A stretch of DNA of 64,000 nucleotides from Gekko japonicus (taxonomy: Eukaryota): assembly GCF_001447785.1 (NCBI RefSeq), contig NW_015162565.1, positions 1 through 64,000 on the forward strand, in the 5' to 3' direction. The notes beneath the pieces were generated by a model, which worked only from the letters and a program-made list of their open reading frames with translations, searched no databases and was not told the DNA's origin. The position numbers and the translations under genes were made by a program. Shown piece by piece: positions 38,305 through 49,645 of the stretch (its first letter is position 1; the number at the start of each line of letters is the position of its first letter).

Positions 38305-38677
38305 ACACCCCGTGAAGATGGGCAATGGCTTCAGGACAGAAAAAGGGAAACATTTATTTTTTTTAGCAAGTAATTACATTGAGGAATTTACAGCCAGTGG
38401 ATGTAGTAATGGCCATGAGCACAGATTAAAAAGGGGATAGACAGATCATGGAGGCCAGGCCCATCAAGGGCTGCTGGTCATGGTTACTAAAGGAAACCCT
38501 TATATTCAGAGGCAGCAACATCTGAATACCAGTGCTAGGAGGCAACATCTGGGGAAGGCCTTGGTTTCTATGCCCTCTGTATTAGCCCTCCAAAGCAGCT
38601 GATTTGCGGCTGTGTGAAAGTTGCTGGACTAGATGGATTGATCCAGCCAGGCTGTTTTTAGGTTCTTATGCTCTTAT
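38305..38677 (+). mobile_element. Old CR1 3' end
   Basis: ttcaggacagaaaaaggg..gctggactagatgga..ttcttatgctctta. Confidence 0.75.
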
Positions 38678-40131
38678 CACCGTTATCATCCTCACAAGCC
38701 TATCTGATCCATTCTCTCATCCATTTAAGATACTAATAGTGCGATCCTAAACAGAGTGTAACTCTTCTTTGGATTGCACTGTAAGTGAACAAAATTATCT
38801 TTCCTTGAACCAGCTAAAATTGACATAGACTTAGGCATGTTTTTAATTTTCACTGACCCACTCTACTTTACAGCTACATAAATCAGCGAATCCCTATATA
38901 CCACCTATTTGAAACTAAATGTGTGTAACGCCTGACTGGCACGTAAGTATAGACTTTCAGTGTACAAGATACCAGTGTAGCTACACTGGTTCAGAACCAT
39001 TTTGTATTGTCATATATCTACACACAAATTAAACTGCTATCCTGACACTTTGAAGGATTTTGCAATGAAATCAGTAACATCTACTGCTTGGGACAGAGGT
39101 GAATGAATACATCTCCAAGATCTCTCAGATTCTGAGAGGAAGCATACATTTTTTAAAAGCTTTTCCAATGTCCATCTTTTCCTCCTATTTAATGTACCAT
39201 CTGCCTGAAGAATGGATGATATTGAGCCCAGGCGAGACTGTCTAATCATTGTTTGCCGTAAATGTCTAGTTTTATGTCCACTACTGATCATCTGTCCAAA
39301 ATGTAGGGACCCCCCTCCTTTGGTTCATTGTTGTGTGCTGAACAAAGCACTCTCTAGATTTATGTTAAACATAACAACTGTAAAGGAGGCTCAAATGTGG
39401 TTGCTGAAGTCATTCTTGTGGGTAGATAAAGATCTGAAATAAACGTACCTGGCATGAGGACAAATGACAATTGAAATGCCTTTGTTTTGCCAGCTAAGAA
39501 ACTATAACAATGGCCACTGTTTATCTATGATCTATTATGCCTTCTCCTCTGTAAAGACAATCAGCCAACAGAGGGAACACAAGCTAATTAGCAAGTCCAG
39601 TCCCTAGGAATTTACTGACATCACTCATAATGCAGTTGAACCATAGGGGAAAGTTGTCAAAACAGGACAAAAAGAAATCATTAACTTCAGCTTCATTGAA
39701 AACATGGGGGCTGAAAGGGTTGGACACAGATGGAGGACAAGCCAATGGTTGCCAAAAGGGAAATGGACAGAAACATTGGGTGGGGAGAATAATTCCCTAA
39801 GCCAGTATTTTTAAAATTTTGTTCCAAAAAACTGTAACGTTCCTCTGAAGCTTAGTAGGCTCCTTAATGAAAATATCCGCTATAGTGGATGAGCTTCCCT
39901 AAAAGATGACTTTCACGCCGTTATTGATCAGTCCTTCAAATGGGCAGCCATCGGACAAAATTAATTGCACATCTCCTTGGAAGCTTCTTAGATGAGCAGT
40001 GGTGTAGCTTTGGAGCACCCTCCTTTGAAAAGTCTGCCAGAACTTTCAGTGTGCTAACATATTTGGTCAGAGGATATCCTAGAGACACTCCTGTGTGAAG
40101 GAAGTCCACTTCCTAATTCTGCCCAAATTCA

Positions 40132-40662
40132 TGCTATGATAGTCTGAATGTAAGGAAGAAAACTGTCCTGCTGCTGCCTCTCATCCTTAGGAGCTGCCGG
40201 CTTAGGTTTTATAGCTATCTATATGTCCAAATCTGGACAAAGACCAACACAGACAGCAACCAAGAGATCATGATGAAGCTTCTAACACAAGACTGGAAAC
40301 TAGAAGTACTTCGAGGGGAATGATGAACACACTCAAGCAATCACAAGCATGCAGTAATAATAGTTCAATTTATATAGCTTAAGAAGAGTGGAGGCCAAAC
40401 CAACTAACAGGTGGGCCACAGGACTGGCTGAAGCTGAAGAGGAAAGATGTCCAAAGTCTGGGAATCATTTCCAAATAAGGAATGGCAGGGAGGTCGCTGG
40501 TTGGGCAGGAAGTGTGATGGAAGTGATACTAGTGATCTCAGTGAGCTTGGTTTTCATTGAGAAATTCAAATCATTCCACTTCCCATGTTTAGCAAAGTCT
40601 TTCTGGTCTCTACATCACAAACTAGCTCACCCTGAACTACCAGTTCAGGATCCATCATAACA
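40132..40662 (-). mobile_element. Probable solo LTR
   Basis: tgctatgat...atcataaca inverted termini and a minus-strand TATATAAA at ~40370. No clean TSD. Confidence 0.45.
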
Positions 40663-41199
40663 TTTCTTCCTTTCTGGTCTCGACTGTAGAGTTTAGTGGA
40701 CACCCATCCCTACAGGCTCCTACTCATGCTGCTGCTGCTTAAGGAAAATATTGCATTTGAAAGCATATTGCCATCTGCAACCCAGCAAAGGTCATAGTTT
40801 GGTGTCTGAGCTGTCTCTTCTGCCAGCAACATACAGAGATGATGCTCAAATGTACTAGAATAAACACAAAGAGATATACATGGACACTTTTAACATCCTA
40901 GATTGGCTGTGAGACTTTTTTTAGAACTGTCATGTGATGTAACATCTAAACATGTCTTCCTGTAGAAGAGCCTAAGGCACATATGCCTCTGTTTAGCAAA
41001 GCCTGCTAGGCAGTACTTTCTCCTCAGGGCTTTTTGCTAACTCTGGGTTATTAAATCTGAATTTTGTCCCTGCTGATTTTTGGCTTTTTGGAACTACTTT
41101 TGCAAAAATAAAGCTGCTGCGCTGTAAATTTGTCACTTATTTTGTTGTGTTGAAACTTCACTGCTGGTATAATGACCAGTGCAACTACTGTGGTCATCT

Positions 41200-41507
41200 T
41201 CAGGAGCCCTGGTTCAAGTGCCCTGCCATCTGAGGCTAGATGGGTAGCAATCTGAAAAAAAGAGCCTTCTTGACGCCAAAATTATGGAATCCTCTTCACA
41301 GGGAGATGTGTCTGTCCCCTTCTATCATTGGTTTCCACCAGTGGGTGAAGACTTTTCTGTTTTGTTTGGCATTACCTCACTGACACTCCTTCCTGCTTAT
41401 GTGTTTTAATTGTTTTAATGTTTTGATTGTCTGCTGCCTTGGGGACCCAAAGTTGGGTCGGAAGGAGGCATAAAAGATGTTTTAAATAAATGAATGAAAT
41501 AAATAAT
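41200..41507 (+). mobile_element. L2 LINE 3' end
   Basis: agagccttc..tggaatcctct..aagacttttctgttt, ending in a (TAAA)n tail. Confidence 0.7.
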
Positions 41508-41725
41508 GAAACTGTTTAGTGAGGGGCGGGTTGTGTGTGTGATGGGTTATTGTACCCGATGCTTTACATTGTTCTAAACAAACCTTTTATTCACTTTAGA
41601 GGAAGACAAGATGTAAATATTTTAAATAAGTTACTTTCAATGCGGTAGTAACTGTTCCTGGTGCTTCAGCAACTTTCTTCTGTTCAGCCCGTACGGGCCT
41701 TAGGAACCACAACCATATTCATGAT

Positions 41726-42084
41726 CAGGGGTCATTTCCCAGAAAAAGAGGTGCAGGAGCTCATTAGCATAACTTATCTGCATATGCCACATCCCCTGAC
41801 ATCACCGGATGTGTGTCAGAAGGCACTACTGGACTGTTTTGGATTGCTAGCTATTGGGGGGGGGTGCAGATCTGTCCTCGGAGAGGAGGGAGAGCTTGTA
41901 CCTGAATAAAACTTGGTCTTAAAGGTGTCACTGGATTGTTCTGGAGGGGGGAGCTCTGCAAATTACCTGGCTGCTTCTTGCTCTGACTGAGGGCTGCTGG
42001 GAGCAGGGGGTGGGGCTTGTTGCATGTGCCCGCCCCCTGGACTCTTTACTGCCAGAGCCCTGCTCCTGCAGGAAATGACCCCTG
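41726..42084. mobile_element. hAT MITE
   Basis: 14-bp TIR caggggtcatttcc / ggaaatgacccctg; 8-bp TSD TTCATGAT / CTCATGAT. Confidence 0.85.
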
Positions 42085-42737
42085 CTCATGATGAGAGCCA
42101 AGTACTCCAGACACAACCATGCATTTAGCTCCTTCCCCTCTGTAACGCCTGGCAGAACTTTCATTGTATTATGATATCGCAATACTCTTGGTTTCTCCAT
42201 CCCTTCTCTGCACCATTGGTTGCTGGTGAGGGGCACACAGAAATAGCATCACAATACGGGTAAGTTGTAATAGACATTATGAAAGGAGATGGGGAAAGAC
42301 AAATATCTGGTTGTTGTTTTAAGGGGCAGTTGTGTGCTTAGGCTTGATTTAAACATGATGATGCTGGTGGAACAAGAGAACTTATACATGCGTCTTTGCA
42401 CATGACCAGGAACTTGTTTAAACGGAGCCATCGCATGCCAAAGATCCGTTGCCAAATTGCATGTTGTTCTGGTGTGTCAACACTGCGCATGTGGCCCTTC
42501 ACATGCATAGCAGCCCAGTTTAAATGAAACACCAGGCATGTGCAAAGTGACACGGGTAGGGTCTTTTGTCCTACTGGGCATCAGGCTAAAGCTGGGTCTT
42601 TTACACATTCATTGGCTCATCAAGACAAACATTTTGACACTCTTATTTTCTATTTTTTCCCCTCCTGTGCTGAATTTGTGATGATTTTCATGAGCCTGAG
42701 CATTTTATATGTGACAGTAGTGCTGGTTTGAGGCAGA

Positions 42738-43010
42738 GAAGAGAAGAAGAGAAGAAAAGATTGGATTTATACCACCTTTCACTTGGAGTCTCAGAGCGGC
42801 TTACAAACTCGTTTCCCTTCCCCTCCCCACAACAGACACCCTGTGAGGTATGTAGGGCTGAGAGAGCTCTTTCAAGAACTGCCTTGAGAGAACAGCTCTG
42901 GCAGAACTATGCCTTGCCCAAGGTCATCCAGCAGCTGAAAGTAAAGGAGTGGGGAATCGAACCCGGATCTCCCAGATTAGCGTCCGTGCACTTAACCACT
43001 ACACCAAACT
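42738..43010 (-). mobile_element. tRNA-derived SINE (Squam3-like)
   Basis: (GAA)n tail..ttggatttatacc..cttaaccactacaccaaact. Confidence 0.88.
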
Positions 43011-43049
43011 GCCCAGAGGCCCCCTTCTGTCCACCACAAGGCTCCCCTC

Positions 43050-43544
43050 ATGCCTCCCTTCCCATTAGGGTTGCCAGGCTGATCTTGGCAACCAGTGGGA
43101 GGATTGAATGTGGGGAGGTGGGATGACAGCTGCATCTCTCTGTGGTAAAACCAATGATTCCTGGAGCTACCCTCCGTCACTTCCAGGATTTTCCCGGAAG
43201 TGACATAGTAACACAGCCAATGTCAGTACATGTGTGTGTCTTAATGCCTCCCTTTCCATTAGGGTTGCCAGACTGATCCTGGCAACTGGTGGAAGGATTG
43301 AGTGTGGGGAAACAGGGGGGTGGGACGACAGCTGCGTCTCTCTGTGGTAAAACCAAAGATTCCTAGAGCTACCCTCTGTCACGTCCAGGATTTCCCCAGA
43401 AGTGATTTAGCAGCACAGCCAATGTCAGTGTGTGCGTGTGTGTGTTTTAATTTGCCACCTGTTGCTGCTTGGAACAGTGAGTGGTGGGAGACAGAACCTG
43501 GGGCAGGGGATCTCCTGCCCAGACCAGGGGACTGGCAACCCTAC
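43050..43544. mobile_element. hAT MITE (TAGGGTTGCC) whose left part and flank are tandemly duplicated
   Basis: ~194-bp duplication (43050-43243 vs 43244-43450). One right TIR ggcaacccta. TSD ctttccat / ctttccac. Confidence 0.8.
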
Positions 43545-45466
43545 TTTCCACTCACCTATGTGTGTCTTCACCTCTGTGAATCCTTCCCCTGCTCACAAGG
43601 CCTCCCACCATCTGCGCTGACAGTCACGTGCACCACATTCACATCCTTCTTTCTCCGACAGCACTGGCTGGTACATGCAGCTGGTAGTGCCACTGCTGTG
43701 GCTGTCGGGAGTGCTGCTGCTGTACACCACCTGCACACACTTCCCCATCAGTGCTGGGAAGCTGGAAGCATCGGCGGTGGGGTGCCTGCTAGCAAATGGG
43801 CAGGGGACAGGGGAATTGAACGTCTGAGAGGTCTATAGCAGCGGGCCTCGCCAGAAGCCCTGTGCCCCTGCAGCTGACCCACCTCGGGGTATGCTGCCTG
43901 ACACCATCCCTGTGTGCCAGTAAAGACTTTAGCTGATGCCCAAAAACAGAATTTCATGCTGAGTGGGGATTTGGAGCTGGGCTCCTCCAAGCAAAACCAA
44001 CGTTCTCGGCCCTGCACCAATGTAATAGCAGCTTTATATTTTCTCAGCTTTCAGCCGGCTGCTCTTTGCAGCAAAGCGATAAACATTAAAGTTCCATAAA
44101 GAATGATTATCTTGAGAACACCAACTGGAAGAGCCCTGGAAGGAACAGCAGAAAGGGGGCCTCAAGATATGCAGAATAGATACAAGTTCTTCCTATTTTT
44201 ATTGGGGCAGACGGTATAATTTGAAGCTTCAGACTAATGGAAATTTCAGCCTATGGATCCTTGCGATGTGGCTGATCGATCATGGGCAATAGCAGCAGAT
44301 GCTTCTTTCTGACTCGGTTGCCGAAATGCCATGGGAAGCATCCCCAATTAGTAACCGAGGCCATTCACACATCAGCTAAACTGCTAACTGGCATACATAA
44401 AACATTGAGGCTCATAATGCACGCATAAGACCTACATGGAAAACAGCAAAACCTCAGCACTGGGGGGGGGGGGCTGGGGAGAAAGAAAACGAGAGAAACA
44501 AAATATTATGTTAAAAACCAAACAGGCAAGTGGTCTTTCCTTTAAATGTCAAAAGAGTGTGTCAGTTTACTGTCTTGGTCCGCCCGGTAATGCCTCAGAG
44601 AGCTGAAAGAGACATTTGGCCTTGGTAGGTCTGTGTCAGAACTTGTATGTCCTGAGGAGAAAAGTAGCTGTTTTGAGAAACTATAACACAGCAATGAACA
44701 GACAAATGCTTCAAATGGCTGAGTTAAATTTTATGGAACAGATGTTGTGTCCCAGAGTTCCATAGCTGCCTCGGGCTTTGTCTGGTGTCAGCCCTTTGGT
44801 AAATGGGTTTTCATAATGAATTTAGCTGCTAATTTGCACATAAAAATCTATGTTAAAGTAATGTTAAGGGACTGCCTTAAACCTACAGAAGCCAGGCAAT
44901 TCAGGATAAATGGCTTCACCTGCCTCCACAACCAATGCCTCTCCCAGGGTACTGCGGAAACCACTCGCACAAGGGAGCTGCGGATGGTCTAGGGCTCCTC
45001 TCCCATGGGCAAATGCGGGAGGTAGCTGCATGGCTGGACATCTCAGGTTGGTTTCATCCGTAAGGCTGAGGGAGGGTTTTTGTTTTCGTTGAGTTTGAAT
45101 GCAAACGTAAAACCTACATGGTCCAGAGTGCTCTATCTGCATTGCAAATGCCAGCTGCTCTCCTACATTTATATAAACGGCTGGAGAGACTTACAGCACA
45201 ATCCCAAGCAGGGTTATGCCCCTCTAAATGAATTGAAGGCACTGGGCTTAGGAGGGGGTGACCCCGTTTAGGATCACACTGTAACTGACCTTGAGAGATA
45301 CAAAGGATAGAAGCTGTGTGCCATTTCATGCACCACATCAGAATTCAGGTCAAGCAGCCATGCAGAGCTTGCTCCAACTCAGTACAGGGGGATTTGCCCT
45401 ACCAGTAGATAGCAGGCACTGTAGGCCTTGATTACTAGCCTTAGGGGGAATGGAGCTATGAAGGTG

Positions 45467-45634
45467 TAGGGTTGCCAATCCCCAGGTGGGTCCTGGAGAT
45501 CTTCCAGAATTACAGCTGGTCTCCAGACTGCAGAGATTGTTCCCTGAGAGAAAGTGGCTGTTCTGGAGGGTGGATATTTTTGTGTATGGCATTATACGCT
45601 GCTGAGGCCACTCTCCTCCCTGTTGGCAACCCTA
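45467..45634. mobile_element. hAT MITE
   Basis: 12-bp TIR tagggttgccaa / ttggcaacccta with perfect 8-bp TSD TGAAGGTG. Confidence 0.9.
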
Positions 45635-45957
45635 TGAAGGTGGTAGGTGGGCCAGTCTACATCATGCCCAGAAGAACCCAATGCAGTTTGATCTAGCCGT
45701 GGCTGCACTGGTTGCTGTGTCTCAGCACCCTCCTGACTCCATCATTTCTGGTCAGTAAGTAGGCCCCACTTGCCTTCCTCAGTTTCTATGCAATATGGAG
45801 GGTTAAGGACTTCCCACACTTTACAGCTTACCTAGTGAGTACAGGGCAGGATTGTGTCCCTTGCCTGATACTTGAAAAGGAGCAAAATTTCTGAGAGATG
45901 TGTTTTTGTTTGTAATGGTCATGAAAGACTTCTTTTGTGAAAGAAACAATCCACATA

Positions 45958-46100
45958 CTGTGGCTCAGTGGAAGAGCCTCTGCTTTGCATGCAGAAGGCC
46001 CCAGGTTCAGTCCCCTGTATCTCTAGTTGAAAAGGACCAGGTAGTAGGTGATGTCAAAACCTCTGCCTGAGACTGTTGATAGCCACTGCCAGTCTGACTT
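45958..46100 (+). mobile_element. tRNA-derived SINE (second family, Squam2-like), 3' truncated
   Basis: tggctcagtggaagagc..tgctttgcatgcagaaggccccaggttcagtccc is a tRNA-Ala-like head. Confidence 0.75.
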
Positions 46101-47246
46101 GACATCGGTGGGGGGGGGCACCCTCAGAACCATACAATGCCTTGAAAGGGGATAACTTGGTGGAGCTGTGAATCGAGTTGTTGTAGCTGTATTCTGCATA
46201 GGGGAGTAATTCTACCCAGTCATCTTGTTGATAATTAGTGAAGCGATGCAAGAACTGTTCCACAACTTGATTAACCCGCTCTGTTAGCCCGTCAGTCTCC
46301 CTTGTACCAACACCCATTATCCTGTAACTTGAGGGACTCATCAGCCTCCACTTCCGCCTTGTCTTTGTCAGAGAGGGCGGCCTGGAAACACACAACCCAA
46401 GAGTCCAAATCAGCCTTTGTTGCTTTCTGCGCTTGCGCCCATGTCACCACCACTCCTCCCAGTTGGGAAGGAGTGAACTTCAAGTCCACTACCTCCTCCC
46501 GTTGGCTGACATGTTGTGGGAGGCATGAGAGGGCGTCAGCAAGTGAGTTGGCTATCCCTGGAAAATGTTGTAATGTGAAACAAAATTTGAAGAACTCTGC
46601 CCACCACAAGTGCTTGGCGTTAAGATGCTGGGGGGCACGTAATGCCTCTAAGTTTTTGTGATCAGTCCAGACCTCGAAAGGAACCCTCGCCCCCTCCAAC
46701 TAATGGCGCTAGGTGCTCAGAGCTAGCCTAATCGTGGATGCTTCTTTGTCCCACACCACCCAGTTCCTTTCAGTGGAATTGAATTTCTTTGACACGTACG
46801 CCAAAGGGTGTAACTTTCCATCTGCCACTGTTGTAAAATGGCCCCTCCCATAGCAACATCCAATGCATCCACCTGCACCACAAGCTTTTTATTTTCATCA
46901 GGGTGATGGAGAATGGGCTCAGTGGTGAACAGCTACTTTAACTTGGTGAATGCTTCCTGGCACTCATCCGTCCACGCCAGGTGAGCCCCACGTTTTGCCC
47001 CCTCAGGCCCCTTCCCTTTGGTCTTTAGCAGGTCCGTGAGAGGTAGGGACACCTGGGCAAAGTTGGGGATGAAGGGCCTATAGAAATTTGTGAACCCGAG
47101 GAATGATTGGAGTTGCCTCCGGGTCTTGGTGGGCTCCCACCCTATCAGCCACCTTGACTGGGTCCATCTCCAGCCCCCACTGCAAGATGAGGAAGCCCAA
47201 AAAGTCCTCCTCCTCCTGATAGAACCCATATTTTGAAAATTTGGCA

Positions 47247-47740
47247 AGAAGAAGAAGAAGAGATTGGATTTATACCCCGCCTTTCACTACCCAAAGGTGT
47301 CTCAGAGCGGCTTACAAACTCCTTTCCCTTCCCCTCTCCACAAAAGACACCCTGCAATGTTCCCTCTAAGCTGTGGAGTCTTGTGAGCAAGAATTCTACT
47401 TTGTGAGCTATCGGCATTAAAGTTGTGAGCGAGCGATTCAGCTACTGCATAAATTAATTTGCTCTGGAGCCATCCATCCTGAGCTAAGACAAAAATGTGT
47501 GAGCTGGAGGTTAAAAAATTGTGAGCTAGCTCACACTAACTCAGCTTAGAGGGAACACTGCGAGGTAGGTGGGGCTGAGAAAGCTCTTGACAGAAACTGC
47601 TCTTTTTCATGAACAGCTCTTATCAGAAGTACGGCTTGCCCAAGGTCATCCAGCCAGGTGCAGGTGGAGGAGTGGGGAATCAAACCCGGTTCTCCCAGAT
47701 TAGAATCCACGCACTTAACCACTACACCAAACTGGCTCTC
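47247..47740 (-). mobile_element. Squam3-like SINE in Gypsy RT, itself interrupted by a hAT MITE
   Basis: Same subfamily as 26876-27160; split at gacaccctg|cgaggtagg. Confidence 0.9.
47355..47560. mobile_element. hAT MITE (same family as 26758-27246)
   Basis: caatgttccctctaagctg...cagcttagagggaacactg TIRs. Confidence 0.9.
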
Positions 47741-48858
47741 TTTTGTTTGTGGTCATAGAGGGTCTGCAGCACCTCCCTCACCAATGTTACATGTGAGGTC
47801 TTATATTGAGAGTAAATAAGGATATCATCTAAATAAACAAGGACCCCCTGGAACAGGTCCTTGTGCAACACTTCATGAACACCCCAGGTACCGCTTGTAG
47901 CCCAAACGGCATCACCAGGTATTCGAACTGCCCAAATGGAGTATTGAAGGCAGTTTTGTGCTCATCCCCCTCCCTTAAGTGTACCCAAAAGTAGGCATCC
48001 CAAAGATCTAGCTTCATAAAGATCTTTCCTTTAGCCGCCTCCATCAGTAAGTCTTTGAATAGTGGGAGGGGTAGGCATTCGAAGTGGACACTGCATTAAG
48101 TCCTCTGTAATCTGTGCAGAGGTTCAGCCCCCCCTCTTTCTTTTTCTGGAACAAGACAGGGGCCGCAAATGGGGAAGAGGTGGGGCATATGAAACCATGA
48201 GTTAAATTCTTATCAATGAATTTTCGAAGTTCTTCCTTCTCCACTAAGCTCATAGAATACAATTTTCCCTTGGGCATTTTGTGGCCTGGTAATATCTCAA
48301 TGGCACAGTCAGTGTTCCGGTGGGGAGGAAGTTCGTCAGCCTCACTTTCCTCAAACACCCTAACCAAGTCCCGGTACTCTCTGGGGATGGAGCAGAGCTC
48401 CTCTTGTGCTAGGCAGGCTGGCTCCCAGGCTGCTTTGGGTTCCTCCCCCAATTGGGGTCCCACTCATGTGGTGCGCACCCTTTGGAAGTAAAATACACAG
48501 TTCCCTGCCTCTATGAAATATCTGGATCATGGAGCCAGGGGATCCCCAATACCAGAGAAAACCGAGCCATAGGAGTGATTACAAAAGTCCTTGTCTCCCA
48601 GTGAGATCCCATGCCCAACACTACAGGCACCATTTGGTATCTACAAGGTTCATTCATGGGAGACCCATCCATTTGGGTAAATATCAACGGTTCTGGGAGT
48701 CTCTGGGTGGCCAAACCCAGACCCGTAACAATGGATGGGCTAATAATGTCTCAGGTGCAGCCTGAGTCTCTTAAGGCCTGTACTCACTCCTTGGTGCCCA
48801 TTTCGGGGTTCGTCAGTGTCACAGTCACAAAAAACGGGAGGGGGGTGCTCACTGCTTT

Positions 48859-48921
48859 TGGCGCTGTCTTGGGGTGGACCTGCTTGCTCGCACCATTCAC
48901 AGCAGGTCCTAGCCATTTCCC
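48859..48921 (-). promoter_or_regulatory. -1 ribosomal frameshift signal at the gag/pol junction
   Basis: G_GGA_AAT heptamer (48915-48921), 5-nt spacer, 9-bp stem GGACCTGCT/AGCAGGTCC, and loop TGGTGC able to pair with downstream GCGCCA. The -1 frame leads to the protease. Confidence 0.8.
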
Positions 48922-49645
48922 GCTGGTTGGGGTGTTTCTCCATCACTGGAGGACTTGGTGGCCGTGGTCCCGACCCGCAGAGCTCATTGTTGCTTGGGTT
49001 GTGGGGTTGTGGGGCCCCTCCATTCTTAGGTTCTCCCCTGGTGGATTTCTTCTCTGATCCTTTTGGCCCACCTTGCAGGATTGTCACAGGGCAGAAAGCG
49101 GCATAGTGGCCCGATTCTCCACATCAGAGACAGAGACCTAGATGCATGCGTTGGTCCCGGGTGGGTTCTGTGGCTTTCGGGCGGGGGCTCTTCAGGGGTC
49201 CCCCTCTCTGCCTGCCCATGCCTTGGACTCCCAGTGCCTTCATCATTTGAAAATGACTCTCTGCTTCCTCTGCTTCATGCACCCATGCCATCAGTGTTAC
49301 TGGATTTACATTTCGAAGCATAGCTTCCAGGATCCGGCTGTTAAACCCGATCCTGTACTGCTCCACTAACACAGTTTCAGGCCATCCCTGGATCTTTTGA
49401 ACTCTTCGGAGTACTCTCTCACAGAGCGGGCCCTTTGTTTCAATGCTTGCAGGTGGTTCTGAGCCTTTTTGATCTCCTTTGGATCCTCATATTGCCACCA
49501 CAGCACCCACATGAACACCTGGACATCCCTCAGCTCAGGGGCTTGCATGTTGTTCAGTGCCATGAACCAGTCAGCCACTTGCTCACTTAGATTCTCCCCG
49601 ATGTAGTCTACGTGGTGTTCGTCAGATGGAAACAGGTGGCCTACA

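Larger units (their letters stand above)
46105..49645 (-). mobile_element. Gypsy (sushi/chromovirus, PEG10-related) gag-pol internal region, degenerate, no LTRs
   Basis: Gag (LKQRARSVREYSEEF), CCHC knuckle CL*CGESGHYAAFC, protease ALRDSGCT, RT ([42 protein letters not shown]), RNase H (VWTDHKNL) and integrase (TDGLTERVNQ). Confidence 0.95.

Noticed and set aside
33918-39442. Assorted 60-110 aa ORFs in unique sequence
   Set aside because: No recognisable domains or exon structure; lengths are compatible with chance.
45958-46025. tRNA gene
   Set aside because: Continues into SINE body with no intact acceptor stem or terminator.
46105-49645. Domesticated PEG10/RTL-like gene
   Set aside because: Numerous stops, frameshifts, an integrase deletion and a SINE insertion in RT indicate a decaying element.
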